From NCBI RefSeq assembly GCF_026571515.1, contig NW_026863691.1:372001-436000 (forward strand): DNA of 64,000 bases, given 5' to 3'. This stretch comes from Ruditapes philippinarum. Lineage: Eukaryota. Positions 40,601 through 53,194 of this stretch are shown in pieces. The position numbers and the translations under genes are program-made. The notes under the pieces are model-generated. The model ran no database searches. It worked only from the letters and a program-made list of their open reading frames with translations, and was not told the origin of the DNA. Within the stretch, counting starts at the first letter, position 1, and every line of letters starts with the position of its first letter.

Positions 40601-41731
40601 TTTCTGATGACAATATATTATCATTTTAAAATTTAAAAATCATTGGCTTTAAGACTTTGCATTATTCAAATGCATAAATAAACTATGTATTTAATTATGT
40701 TACTTTGAAAGTTTTCTCAGCATCAAAAAATAAAAATACTTTTATTACAGTGATTGTAATCTTGAGACTTTTCTTTATAAAAAAATATTAAGGAGAACAC
40801 TACCCTCAAATACTTATTTTATTGCATGGAACAAATGTGATCTTTTTGTTTTATATTTTTACCTGGCAATTGTTTGTTTAAACAGATGAAAGGATCAGAT
40901 GATCAAATACCAATCAAACTCCCAGATTCACTCCGACAGTTATGGGAACGTGCAGAAGAAAAAGAAATCGATGAGATTCTTGAAGAAAAGAAAGAATTTG
41001 GAGAAATCGAATTTATGACAGGGCGATTATTCTTGGAAGCTAAAATAATTCAAAGGTTCTTCCAAGAAACCATCGATGGCTTACATAAATATATAAATGA
41101 AGAAGTTTTTGCAGAGGGGTCCAATATTTCAGTAAACTCAATTATATTGGTTGGTGGGTTTGCTGAATCAAGTTATGTAATGCAAAATGTGAGAGAAAGT
41201 CTCCGTTCTCGTAATATTCCTGTAGTGAGGCCTCAATTACCAGAGTTAGCCGTATTGAACGGTGCTGTTCTTTTCGGTCAGAATGAAAAGATTGTAACAT
41301 CACGGGTTATGAGGCATACTTATGGAATTGCAATGACAATGGAATTTGTTCCAAACAAACACAAGGCGGACGAGAAATATGAGTTAGATAACATGATAAT
41401 GGCAAACAATGTATTCAGAAAGCATGTTACTATCGGACAAACCGTTCAAATAAGTGAATGGATTTCTTCAAAGGAATATTACCCAGAAAATGAGAGGGAC
41501 TTAAAAACTACTGTTTTCGTTTTCACATCTGATTCCGAAGATCCTGTTCATACAACAGAAGAGGGATGCAAGTATATCGGCCAGGTTGATGTTGATTTCG
41601 GATATGGCAGAAATTTTACTGCGAGGAAGGCAGTGAAAGTGGAGTTCAAATTTGGGGGAACAGAGCTTAAAGTTAGAGCCATTACTTCGACTGCCAACAA
41701 ACCACACGTTAGATATTTGAAAGTACAATGA
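37698..41731 (+). CDS. HSPA12: Heat shock 70 kDa protein 12-like (atypical Hsp70), ~621 aa, 6 coding exons
   Basis: Exons 37698-37787, 38465-38791, 39077-39295, 39471-39633, 40377-40597, 40886-41731 join in frame. HSPA12-type motifs AIDFGT, KTPSCIL, WVLTVPAIW, ALEPECAAIYC, DMGGGTVD, GGPWGG, LVGGFAES, HTYG, FGGTELKV. No EEVD tail. A versus B orthology cannot be assigned. Confidence 0.93.
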
Positions 41732-42584
41732 ACGTTACCCTTTCCCTGACTTGACTCATTAGAATGTTATTATTTCTTAAGTTTCAACCAAATTGAGCAT
41801 AAAGTCCGTCTTTCTAGCTCAATGAGTGATAAAACTGTAAAAACAAGAGTTAACATATTATTGTCGTGTGTGCATGTTTGTGCCATTTTTGGTTCCTTCC
41901 ATTTTTAAACCTTTTCTATAGTTGGTTGATTCCAGTATTCCTATTTGAATACTGTATACTGATCCTTTGGATTTTTAAATTTGTCTTTTGCCGTCTTGTC
42001 TGTGAAATGCAGGATTCATAACCTTTGATCCACTTTCAAAATTCCTTTTTATTTGTTCCGCCCATTTTTTTTAGTTTACGGCACCCGCATTCTTTTACTT
42101 GGGACCATACGCCGCTTTAGATGGAATGACACAACCGTGTCGCATCAATTGAAGGTTCCATGTGGATTTATCTAAATTCAAAAGTGTCCAAATGTTGAAT
42201 TCTGCTTAAGCCGGTACCTTGCACTTTCAAGTACCGTTCATGAACAGGCTCAATCAAACAGAGCCCTCAACATTTTTCAATTTTGTCGTTTTGGGAAAGA
42301 AATCTTTCTGGATTCTGATTTTCTCTATTTTAACAATACAAAAAAAGTTTGCATACTATTTAAACCTACCCAACTGACATATTATCTTATCCTGCATACA
42401 GCTCATTAACAAAAAATGAAAACATTTTAAATGATTAATTGAATGTTTTGATTGTGTATGATTAGATTTGCAAAATAAAAATGCAAAATATTTAACAATG
42501 AACAACAGCAACCGATAAACATTTATAATAAATAATATTTTATTTCTGATTGTATTCTTTGTAAATAATACATTTTTGTCACCT

Positions 42585-42688
42585 TTTTGGTTGGGTTTGA
42601 TGTCACACCAACACAGTGGATATTACATGGCGGATTTCCAGGAAGACTTCGGGTGCCCCTCCGTGCATTATTCAGACAAGAAGTGGGA
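42585..42688 (-). mobile_element. SINE-like fragment
   Basis: ggaagacttcgggtgcccctccgtgcattatt is close to the reverse complement of the 16286-16455 body. Confidence 0.65.
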
Positions 42689-43139
42689 TTTGTCACTTTA
42701 ATAATTTTCTTAACTAAATATAAAGACAGATTATCATCTGGTTTGCATGTTTTTTTTTTTGTTTTATAGTAAGCTAAATTGGCAGATCTGCATATGAAAT
42801 ATACAAAACTCAAACAGTCTTCTTTCAGTTTTTTAAGAGAACTTAACTAAATATGGTAATCGTTATTATCATCAGTTGAATTGTCTCCAGTCAAACAAAA
42901 TGAACGTAATTAGTCGATACTTATAATATACGAAATGTATATACATACATATAAATGCATAGATCCTAACGCTACCCTACTGTGTCGAAATCAAACTAGA
43001 TCTATTAGATTATTGGATTCCAACACGAGTTGTTTACGAGTTGCATCGAAACATAAGGCTAGGATATTTGTACGGAGGCCCGTTTCTTTCTCTTTTGTAC
43101 AAAAACCCTTTCCCTGTCATCGCATTAAGAAGTATCGAC

Positions 43140-43460
43140 CATCATCTATTTTTGTCCATTTTCCTTGAAGTCTATTTATAGCAATACTTGAATGTGTAAT
43201 TTAAACTTATTAAAAAAGGAAGATAATTTAAACGAATATAATTTAAACTTATTAAAAAAGGAAGATAATTTAAACGAATGTAAAGATTTATAACACGTCA
43301 TCTATTTTTGTCCGTTTTCCTGGAAGACTATTTATAGCAATTAATACTTGAATATGTAATTCAAACTTGTTGAAAAATGTAGATAATTAAAACAAATGTA
43401 TAGATTTATAACAACTTGTACCTTTCTATATCCTAGAAGACTATTTATAGCAATACTAGG
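43140..43460. repeat. Degenerate local tandem duplication (2-3 copies)
   Basis: tcatctatttttgtcc..ctatttatagcaat recurs at ~43142 and ~43298, partially at ~43436. Confidence 0.7.
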
Positions 43461-44059
43461 AATAACAGGTCAAAAAATGTAAATCCACATGATTTAAGAG
43501 AACGTAATCAAACCGAGTCTTAAATGTTATTTTGTTGTTTTCATTCTTTCCTGCGTGGCAATTGAATCCAACCGTCCATAAATTTTAATTGTTCGGAAGA
43601 ATTTTCGCTGTAAATTAAAACTCAACGAAAAACACAATGCTGTGGAGTCGACCTTTTTCTATTCACTGGCCGTTTGGCAAATGGACTAGCTTATAGCGTC
43701 CTTTTGACGACAAGAGAAGGCACATCAAGCTAGATGAAATAGAATTTCCAAATGCCCATATGTATGTCACAGTAGTTTAAGCCCCATTGCGATTTTGTCA
43801 ATGTTAGTTAATATATAAATTCTACGCATGGCGCAAGTCCGTGAAACATGGCCGATATGTTTCACTGTCAATTCTTTGCTATATTGAAATTTCACTACTC
43901 AAAATTGCTTTCTTTTTAAGATGGATATAAATTTAGGGATTCCATTTGTCTCTTTTGTATCGTCCCATCAATTTTAAGTACTGAATTTCATCCAACACGG
44001 AAAAAAAACACTAATCAAGTTTTATAACTTCATTTGTAACAAATTTACAGATTCAATGT

Positions 44060-44750
44060 GTTATTAGATCAATCTATGATCAGTATATTCAACAGTTTTA
44101 TTCTGAACTTCGTAACTCACCAAAACTAGAAACATATTGTTTAATAAAAACAGATTTTTGTACAGAGAAATATTTATCAAGTATATCTAATAATAATCAC
44201 AGAATTGCATTATCTATGCTAAGATGGAACGCTCACAATCTACTTACTGAAGAGGGAAAGCATAGAAATATTGACAGAAGACTTAGAATATGTACAAAAT
44301 GTAATATGAGTAGTATTGAAAACGAATATCATTTTTTTCTAGTTTGCCCTTTTTATAGAGAAATAAGAAACGCATGTTTGCCGAAATATTATTGTCATTG
44401 GCCTAATTTGAACAAATTTAAAACATTATTATCTAGTACTCGGAGTAGCATTTTAAACAAAACCTCAAGATATATATATTTAGCCAATGTTATATATGTA
44501 ATGACCATATTGCATTTTTTCATCATTTTTTAAAATGAGTTTGTAATTATTGTTATAGCTTGTCAACAACTTCCTGCATTGTGTCGATCTTGTAAAATAA
44601 TTCAAAAGAATTATATAAGACTAATGTCATTTATTGACTAATCAATTATTATGTATTATCTACAACTGTAACTTTATAATAACATACTTTTCTCAATTGT
44701 ACATTATATCCGCCATACAGTTGTGTATTGGCGATGAACATTGTATACTT
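44060..44750 (+). mobile_element. 5'-truncated LINE 3' end (RTE-X-like)
   Basis: ORF 44216-44533 (RICTKCNMSSIENEYHFFLVCPFY) closely parallels the C-terminus of 46295-47212. Confidence 0.9.
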
Positions 44751-45680
44751 AAGGACTATGAAAACGCACGCCTGCACTATATGCATTTTATTACATGAAA
44801 ACATAACCCTAACGACTCCATTAGATATATATCATATATTTAATACAAAACGCAAACTTAACAACTGAAAATAATTCAAAATATTTGAAATCAAATGAAC
44901 ACCAGTAAATCGAAGAACCTAAGGTGAAAATCCCAAAATCACACATTTTTATCACAGTTATGCAAACTTAACAAAGGCAAAAACCAAAATGAAAATCCAA
45001 AACAAAGTCACTCATAAATGTCTTTTCTAAATGTCACCGTCGGGATCTCTAGAAACGACAATGTCCTCCATCAGCGTCTCTTACAGATGTACATCGTCGC
45101 CATATAGACATTACGGTGCGGATAGCCGCCTGTGGAATCTGACATGTAGTGTAGTTCAAAAACGCCGGTGAAGCCGAGAAATTGTAAACTTATGGACAGC
45201 AAAGCGGTTGGCACTTTTTTTGTAAGATAGACCAGACTGAATATGTCCTTAATCTACCCAGCGGTTATTTCTTTGTAGAACCATTGCATACAATTTGCTA
45301 CAAAGTATTCAGTAGTGTTTGAAATTTAGTACCTTTTATAGAGGAAAAGTGTGTTCATTTTGTATAATGCAATTTCAATGTGAGCTTATACGATTTCTAA
45401 AACTGACCATTGGCATAGTTCAATATTCATTTTCATAAAGATTTTAATTGCTCATTTGTGTCTAACATTTCTAGAAAGGTGTGAAAACAAGTTAATAATT
45501 AACAGTTTTAAAAAATAAATAATTTCATTTCATAATTTTAAGTAACCATGAATTGGTTCAATCTGTTTTTCTGTTGTGATCTTATAACAATTAGCCAAAA
45601 GTGTTACTTTTGATTTTTCGGGTACTGTCTTTATTATGCAATAACTTCATTAAAATGCAATCATTTGTCATAACTTTGGT

Positions 45681-47418
45681 TCAATCATAGATAAAGTTAT
45701 TTCGCATGATAAAAAGAAGCTATATTTAGCATTTGTCGATTTCAGAAAAGCCTTTGATGTAGTTTACAGGAACGGAATCTGGTTTAAATTATTATCTTAC
45801 GGAGCTTCCACAAAGTTTGTCAATATGTTACAGAAAATATATGAAAGTGTTAAATCTTGTGTACGTGTAAATGGACAGCTAAGTGATAATTTTGAGAGCT
45901 TTAAGGGCGTTAAACAAGGCGAACCATTATCCCCTCTGTTGTTTTTATTTTTTATAAATGATATGTATCAATATTTATATGACGACTCTATTGACTCGTT
46001 CACTATGGACGAATTACATCTCTTTTTACTTCTTTTTGCGGATGATACGGTGTTAATATCTTATTCCAAAGAAGGGTTACAAAACCTTCTAAATAATTTA
46101 CATTCTTATTGTTGCAATTGGGGTATCAGTGTTAATATTGATAAAACCGTAGTGATGATATGTAAGAAAGGTAATAGACCTGAAAATATTGATATATTTT
46201 ATGATAATCATAGACTTAAAATTGTTACTAAATTTACTTATTTATAGGTGTTACTCTGTCTGCTAATGGAAGTTTTTTCCAGGCACAAAAGTCATTGTCT
46301 AGACAAGCTATGAAAGCTTTGTTTTCGCTTACTTCACTATTTGAAACTGTATCACTAGACATTAAAGACAAAATTAAGTTATTTGATTCAATGATCACTT
46401 CGATTCTGAATTATGGATGTGAAATTTGGGGTTTACATAAGGCACCCGATATAGAAAAAATTCATTTAAAATTTTTAAAAAACGTTTTAAAAGTTCGTCA
46501 ACAGACTGCCAGTTCTGCGATTTACGGTGAATTTGGACGAGTTCCGATGATTATATGTCGTAAAATCAGAATGATAAAATATTGGTTCAGAATTATGAAA
46601 ACCCCGAATTCTTTAGTTTTTAAAGTATTTAATATGCGTGATGATCATGGAATATTAGTTAACAATTGGTCTGTAAGTGTTAAACAATTATTAGATAATT
46701 TAGGATACTCTTATTTATGGGATAATACAGAAATCACTAACTTACAAATTCAAACAGTAATAAGAACTATTTATGACCAATATCTACAGCAATGGTTTTC
46801 AGAGCTCAAAGAATCTCCTAAACTTGATACTTACTGTTTATTTAAATCCAGTTTTGAATTAGAAAAATATTTAAGTTGTGTAAAATATGATAGCTATAGA
46901 ATTGCTTTGTCTAGATTCCGGTGTTCTGCTCATAATTTAGCTATAGAAGAAGGGAGATATAGAAACATTAATAGAAGTCAAAGAATATGCACGAAATGTA
47001 ATATGAATAGTATAGAAAATGAGTATCATTTCCTCTTAGTATGTCCTTTTTACAGACAGATTAGATTTAATATTTTACCTAATTATTATTGTCATTGGCC
47101 AAATTTGTTTAAATTCATATCTCTTTTAAATTGTCAACAAAGTAATACTATTAATAAACTTGCAAAATACGTTTACAATGCTAATCTTTGGCGCGATAAC
47201 TATCAGGCATGATATGACTGTGTAATGTGGATTTATTTTATGTATGTTATAGATCATATATAGTATATCTTTGTTTTGTTATTGTAAGAATTCGACTGAT
47301 TTAATTAATATGAATTCATGCTTTTCTCTTTGTATTTGTACCGCCATTGTATATATGTTATATTGGCGATGAACATTTATATGTTTTTGCCGAATAAAAT
47401 ATTGAATTGAATTGAATT
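45681..47418 (+). mobile_element. 5'-truncated, nearly intact LINE (RT plus Cys/His C-terminal domain; RTE-X-like) with (ATTGA)n tail
   Basis: FVDFRKAFD, GVKQGEPLSPLLF, LFADD, CTKC...ENEYHFLLVC. One apparent 2-bp insertion at ~46245 splits the ORF. AATAAA followed by an ATTGA tail at 47393-47418. Confidence 0.95.
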
Positions 47419-47504
47419 GGTATCTAAATGACCGAAATGCATTCAGTTTTATGAAAATGTGAAAAAATATTTAAAAGAAATATATTTTTCTTGTTACAAT
47501 GCAA

Positions 47505-47583
47505 TTATCCCGACCGTGCGTTTTCATTGTCCTTAAGTATATATGTTTACGCCAAATAAATATTGAATTGAATTGAATTGAAT
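47505..47583 (+). mobile_element. Second short LINE-type 3' tail
   Basis: aataaatattgaattgaattgaattgaa ~165 bp after the first tail. Confidence 0.55.
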
Positions 47584-47779
47584 ATAAAGAGTCAAATTAC
47601 TGATTGTCTTATTTATGAATCATTCGAAAAAGCTGAACAATTAATTGAACGACTGATTGAGTTACCAAACTTAACTGAATGACAATTGTAATTAAGGAAG
47701 CCCCTAAAGCAATACCTCTCTCAAAATAGCACCCGCGTATCGACATTTATTGTTTTTCATAAAATTGAAAAGTATTAAA

Positions 47780-48400
47780 AACCTCATACAGGAATTGCGT
47801 CAGACCCAGGTGGAATAAATAGCCGTGTGCTCAAAGAAGCATCAGTTAAATTGTCAGTCGCAATTGTTCTCTTTGAAAGAAGTAAATGGAACTGCTATAG
47901 CCACTTGTCTTCAAGCAAAATTAAAATCTTATATATACAAATGTATATTTAAAAAACTCTTAAACGCAATCCACTTTGGAACTGTCACTTTTCCAGATCG
48001 GTTTGAGACCTTTCACCAATTAACACTACGACACAAGCTTTGATGATGTTTTAAAAGTATAAAGCATCGTATTTGATATAAGGCATTTAACAAGGTAAGG
48101 CACAAGTGCCTCTTGGTCATATTGCAGAATGCCAGTCTTTCGGGTAAATTATTACTGGTTTTCTAATTATGTCTTTGAAAAACGGCACTGCTTTGTGCTT
48201 TAACATGGGCTGGAGTTAGCGCTGCGGTACCCCAGGGTACATTTTAAGGCCCTTTTTATTTCTGAACTTGATCAATGATAGTTTTGTTCATATTTGTAAT
48301 CATGTAAGGCTTTTTAATGATAATACCAGGTAATATATAAAGTTGTTGAAAACCAAAATTTAGCCGAACATCTAAAGTCTGAATGCCTATTGTTTTTTAA
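47780..48400 (+). mobile_element. Highly decayed CR1/L2-like RT remnant
   Basis: Broken motifs resembling DISKAFDKVWH (~48075) and GVPQGSILGPLLF (~48220). Confidence 0.6.
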
Positions 48401-48779
48401 GGCATCAGCAAAAACTACCCATCATTAAATAAGCATTGCCAAAACAAACCGGAGGTAGAACATCACAAATGACTGCTCTTGGCATAAACATATTTACAAC
48501 AGTTGTGGCACCGATCAAAAATATAACGAAAATGATCAATATCGCTTATTAGCTAATTAAATGCCAGATATTCAGTAGATATGAACTTCAGTCACAGTGT
48601 CATTTTTAAGTATAACACGAATATCTGTCTAAACATCTGTCGGAGAAAATCTGTGTGATTGATACCAATCAAATGCCAATTTGATTCTTTCATTTGCAAA
48701 AAAACGCGCATAATAATGTACAGAACATGAGGGCTTCTAGTCAAGTGCAGATAACATTTACTGATATAATAATAAGTAT

Positions 48780-49144
48780 CATTATCACATAAACCGTGGC
48801 GCAGGAGTGTAATAAAGCCATTTAATAAAAACGATATTACACTAGCGTAATAACACTTTGACGTGACGTCATTTGCGCTATATAGAAACACAGCGTTAAA
48901 GCGCGCTAATGTTAGCGTTACAATATAGGCGCGTCGTTGAAAAATTACTCATTTTTACAGTTTATTGTTCTTATTTTATATTATGTGATAAATAGAATAT
49001 TATATTCGTATAGATTCAATACTAAATTTATTGAACTCGTTGAATAAAACAATATTATGCTCGCCAGAGGCTCGCATAATATGATTTTATTCAACTCGTT
49101 CAATAAATTTAGTATTAAACTACACTCATTGAATATCCTCTATT
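48780..49144. mobile_element. Inverted copy of the 26920-27249 hairpin element
   Basis: attatgctcgccagaggctcgcataat core with long palindromic arms; terminus gaatatcctctat. Confidence 0.75.
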
Positions 49145-49837
49145 TATCAACTGGCTTCAAATTCACTATATTTTCAAACTTAAGAGTTTCATACATATGA
49201 ACAATATGCGTTCTTTAAAATTAAACAATGTATTATTTTGTCACTGTGGCTTCTTTTCAACAGTCAACAGAACGGAAATATTTGCGGTATATAAAACTCA
49301 AAAACAGTTAAACAATAAAAAGTTTACTGCATAGATAAATTAACATTTAGCATATAATCTTATTAAAGTATTGAAAGCTTGTGGTGATAAATGCCTATCT
49401 ATCTGTCTATGCTAAATATAGCATCTAATACCAGGTTATCATTCACATTTACACAGTCTTACCCAATTATCAACAAATCTTTTTTAACATCTCAAACTTC
49501 AAAGAATGTGCCTGTTACACAAATTCAACAAAGTATTGCGTTAGTAAGTACTAATATCATTAATATTGAATTTGCTTGAGTTAGTAATTACGCCGTGCTT
49601 CCGTTTACGACCATGAAAAACATTTTTTATCGTAAATGGTTCCATAAATATTTAATGTCTGTAAAGAATTGATGTTACATGTAATAAGTGAATTTTGGAC
49701 GCATTTCGTAATTTGTTTATAGCAGATAGATAGCAATATCTTGTCTCTGACTTATTTACATAAAAACAAACATTATTAACAAACATAAAATGATACTATT
49801 TATCTTATGACTACAGAATTTTTTCAGTACCTACACA

Positions 49838-51291
49838 AACTAGAACTGCCACTATCATGGCATGAACACTTTGTCAGAATCAACAGTGGCCATTTAGAGC
49901 TCAAGGACAACCTCCCTGCCAAATCTGAGGTTACTAAGCCAGTGCATTGCTAAGTTATGTATTCTACATGCTTCAAATGTGAAAATGTCAAAATCAATAC
50001 ATTGCGGACAGGACATTCTTTAGCAATTGAGAAGAAAAGCTTTTTTTGTCAAGGTCCCTGTGACCTTGACCAATGACCAAGTGACCTCAAAATCAATAGG
50101 GGTCACCTAATAGTCATGATCAACATACATGCCAAATATGAAGACTGTGGGTCAAAGGAATCTTAAGTTAATGGGTGGACAAACTTTTTGAAGTCAAAGT
50201 CCCTATGACCTTGACCTTTGATCCAGTGACCTCAAAATCAAAAGGGGTCATCTACTAATCATGACAAACCTCCATTCCAAATATGAAGACTGTGGGTCAA
50301 AGGAATCTTAAGTTATTAGGCGGACAAGCTTTTTGAAGTCAAGGCCCCTGAGATCTTGACCTTTGACCTGGTGACCTGAAAGTCAATAGGGGTCATCTAC
50401 TAATCATGACTAACCTCAATGCCAAATATGAAGACTGTGGGTCAAAGGAATCTTAAGTTATTGGGCAGACAAGCTTTTTGAAGTCAAGGCCCCTGTGACC
50501 TTGACCTTTGACCTGGTGACCTCAAAATCAATAGGGGTCATCTACTAATCATGACTAATCTCCATGCCAAATATGAAGACTGTGGGTCAAAGGAATCTTA
50601 AGTTATTGGGCGGACAAGCTTTTTGAAGTCAAGGCCCCTGTGACCTTGACCTTGGACCTGGTGACCTCAAAATCAATAGGGGTCATCTACTAATCATGAC
50701 TAACCTCAATGCCAAATATGAAGACTGTGGGTCAAAGGAATCTTAAGTTATTGGGCGGACAAGCTTTTTGAAGTCAAGGCCCCTGTGACCTTGACCTTTG
50801 ACCTGGTGATCTCAAAATCAATAGGGGTCATCTACTAATCATGACTAATCTCCATGCCAAATATGAAGACTGTGGGTCAAAGGAATCTTAAGTTATTGGG
50901 TGGACAAGCTTTTTGAAGTCAAGGCCCCTGTGACCTTGACCTTTGACCTGGTGACCTCAAAATCAATAGGGGTCATCTACTAATCATGACTAACCTCCAT
51001 GCCAAATATGACAACTGTAGGTCAAAGGAATCTTAAGTTATTGGGCGGACAAGCTTTTTGAAGTCAAGGCCCCTGTGACCTTGACCTTTGACCTAGTGAC
51101 CTCAAAATCAATAGGGGTCATCTACTAATCATGACTAACCTCCATGCCAAATATGAAGACTAAGGGTCAAAGGAATCTTAAGTTATTGGGCGGACAAGAA
51201 AAAACCGACAGACGGCCGGATGGCCGGACAGCCGGACGGACAAGCTGATTCCAGTATACCCCCCTTACAACTTTGTTGTGCGGGGGTATAA
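49838..51291. mobile_element. Helentron/HINE-like non-autonomous element with ~8 x 145-bp tandem repeats
   Basis: Begins aactagaact; 145-bp units (50338, 50483, 50628...) containing TGACCTTGACCTTTGACC; GGAC-type microsatellite; terminal hairpin tataccccc...gggggtata. Confidence 0.85.
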
Positions 51292-52966
51292 TTATCAATT
51301 ATTAACACAATTAGTTGACAAAGAAGTGTATTTGCTAAGAAAACATGCCCTTTAAAGGCAAAATATGGCATCATCGGAAAACTGCATCTTACTGCCTTAC
51401 TCCTTCCACGTTTGTCAGCTTAACTTCATCCGAGGAAGCTAAAATCCAAATTCAATTCTGCACATTTCTCACTTCGGTTTACATTACTGCCAATAAAGAT
51501 AAAGAGCGAATACAAAATTGCTTACGAGAAGTGCTTCTAATAACATGCAAGATGTCTTTCCAGCATATAAAAATGAATTTATACAAGCAGACTATAACCA
51601 AAAATGTCAAATAGTCACAATAAAAATATAAACACATAACAAAACAATAAATGTTTAAGGAAAATACATATTGGAGTATAAGAATTTAAAATCTAGATAC
51701 ATTTACTAATTTCTTAACATTATAAAATAATAATATGGTTTGTATTAAAAACAATTCACGATAAAAAAGCATTTGAAGCAGTCTATAAACATGATGCAAC
51801 ACTGTTTTCAGAAAACAATATTGGTAAAATATTATAAAATATCGCACATATCTGCAATTGAAAACAGCTGATGGACATTTGTCTATTCTGTTAGCACAAA
51901 ACACATACATAATGACAAAAAAAGACGATGCACCTACTCTGTAAGCACTTCACACATACATAATGGCCAAATAGGATGATGTACCTGCTCTGTTAGCCCT
52001 TAACACATACATAATGACAAGAGGACGATGTACCTACTCTGATAGCACTTAACACATACATAATGACAAGAGGACGATGTACCTACTCTGATAGCACTTA
52101 ACACATACATAATGACAAGAGGACGATGTACCTACTCTGATAGCACTAAACACATACATAATGACAAGAGGACGATGTACCTACTCTGATAGCACTTAAC
52201 ACATACATAATGACAAAATAGGATGATGTACCTACTCTGTAAGCACTTAACACATAAATAATGAGAAAATAATACGATGTACCTACTCTGATAGCACTTC
52301 ACACATACATAATGGCCAAATAGGACGATGTACCTACTCTGATAGCACTTATCACATACACAATGACAAGAGGATGATGTCCCTGCTCTGTTAGCACTTA
52401 ACAAATACATAATGACAAGAGGACAATGTCCCTACTCTGATAGCACTTAACACATACATAATGACAAAAGGACGATGTACCTACTCTGATAGCACTAAAC
52501 ACATACATAATGACAAGAGGACGATGTACCTACTCTGATAGCACTTAACACATACATAATGACAAAATAGGATGATGTACCTACTCTGTAAGCACATAAC
52601 ACATAAATAATGAGAAAATAATACAATGTACCTACTCTGATAGCACTTCACACATACATAATGGCCAAATAGGACGATGTACCTACTCTGATAGCACTTA
52701 ACACATACATAATGACAAATTAGGATGATGTACCTACTCTGATAGCACTTAACACATACATAATGACAAATAAGAACAATGTACCTACTCTGATAGCACT
52801 TCACACATACATAATGGCCAAATAGGATGATTTACCTACTCTGATAGCACTTAACACATACATAATGACAAATTAGAACAATGTACCTACTCTGATAGCA
52901 CTTCACACATACATAATGGCCAAATAGGATGATGTACCTACTCTGATATCACTTAACACATACATA

Positions 52967-53083
52967 ACTAGAACTATCGCTGAATGCGATTCATACCCCC
53001 ACCAATGTCCAAACGGACGGACCTACCGACGCGACAAAGCGCATCCATTTTAGCCCCCCCCCCCATTTTGTGGTGGGGGTATA
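52967..53083. mobile_element. Mini HINE-like element (internal deletion derivative)
   Basis: Shares both termini (actagaactatcgctgaatgcg; gtggtgggggtata) with 53195-54633. Confidence 0.85.
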
Positions 53084-53194
53084 ATGACAAATTAGAACAA
53101 TGTACCTACTCTAATAGCACTTAACACTAACATAATGACAAAACAGGACGATGTACCTAATGTACCTACTCTGATAGCACTTAACACATACATA

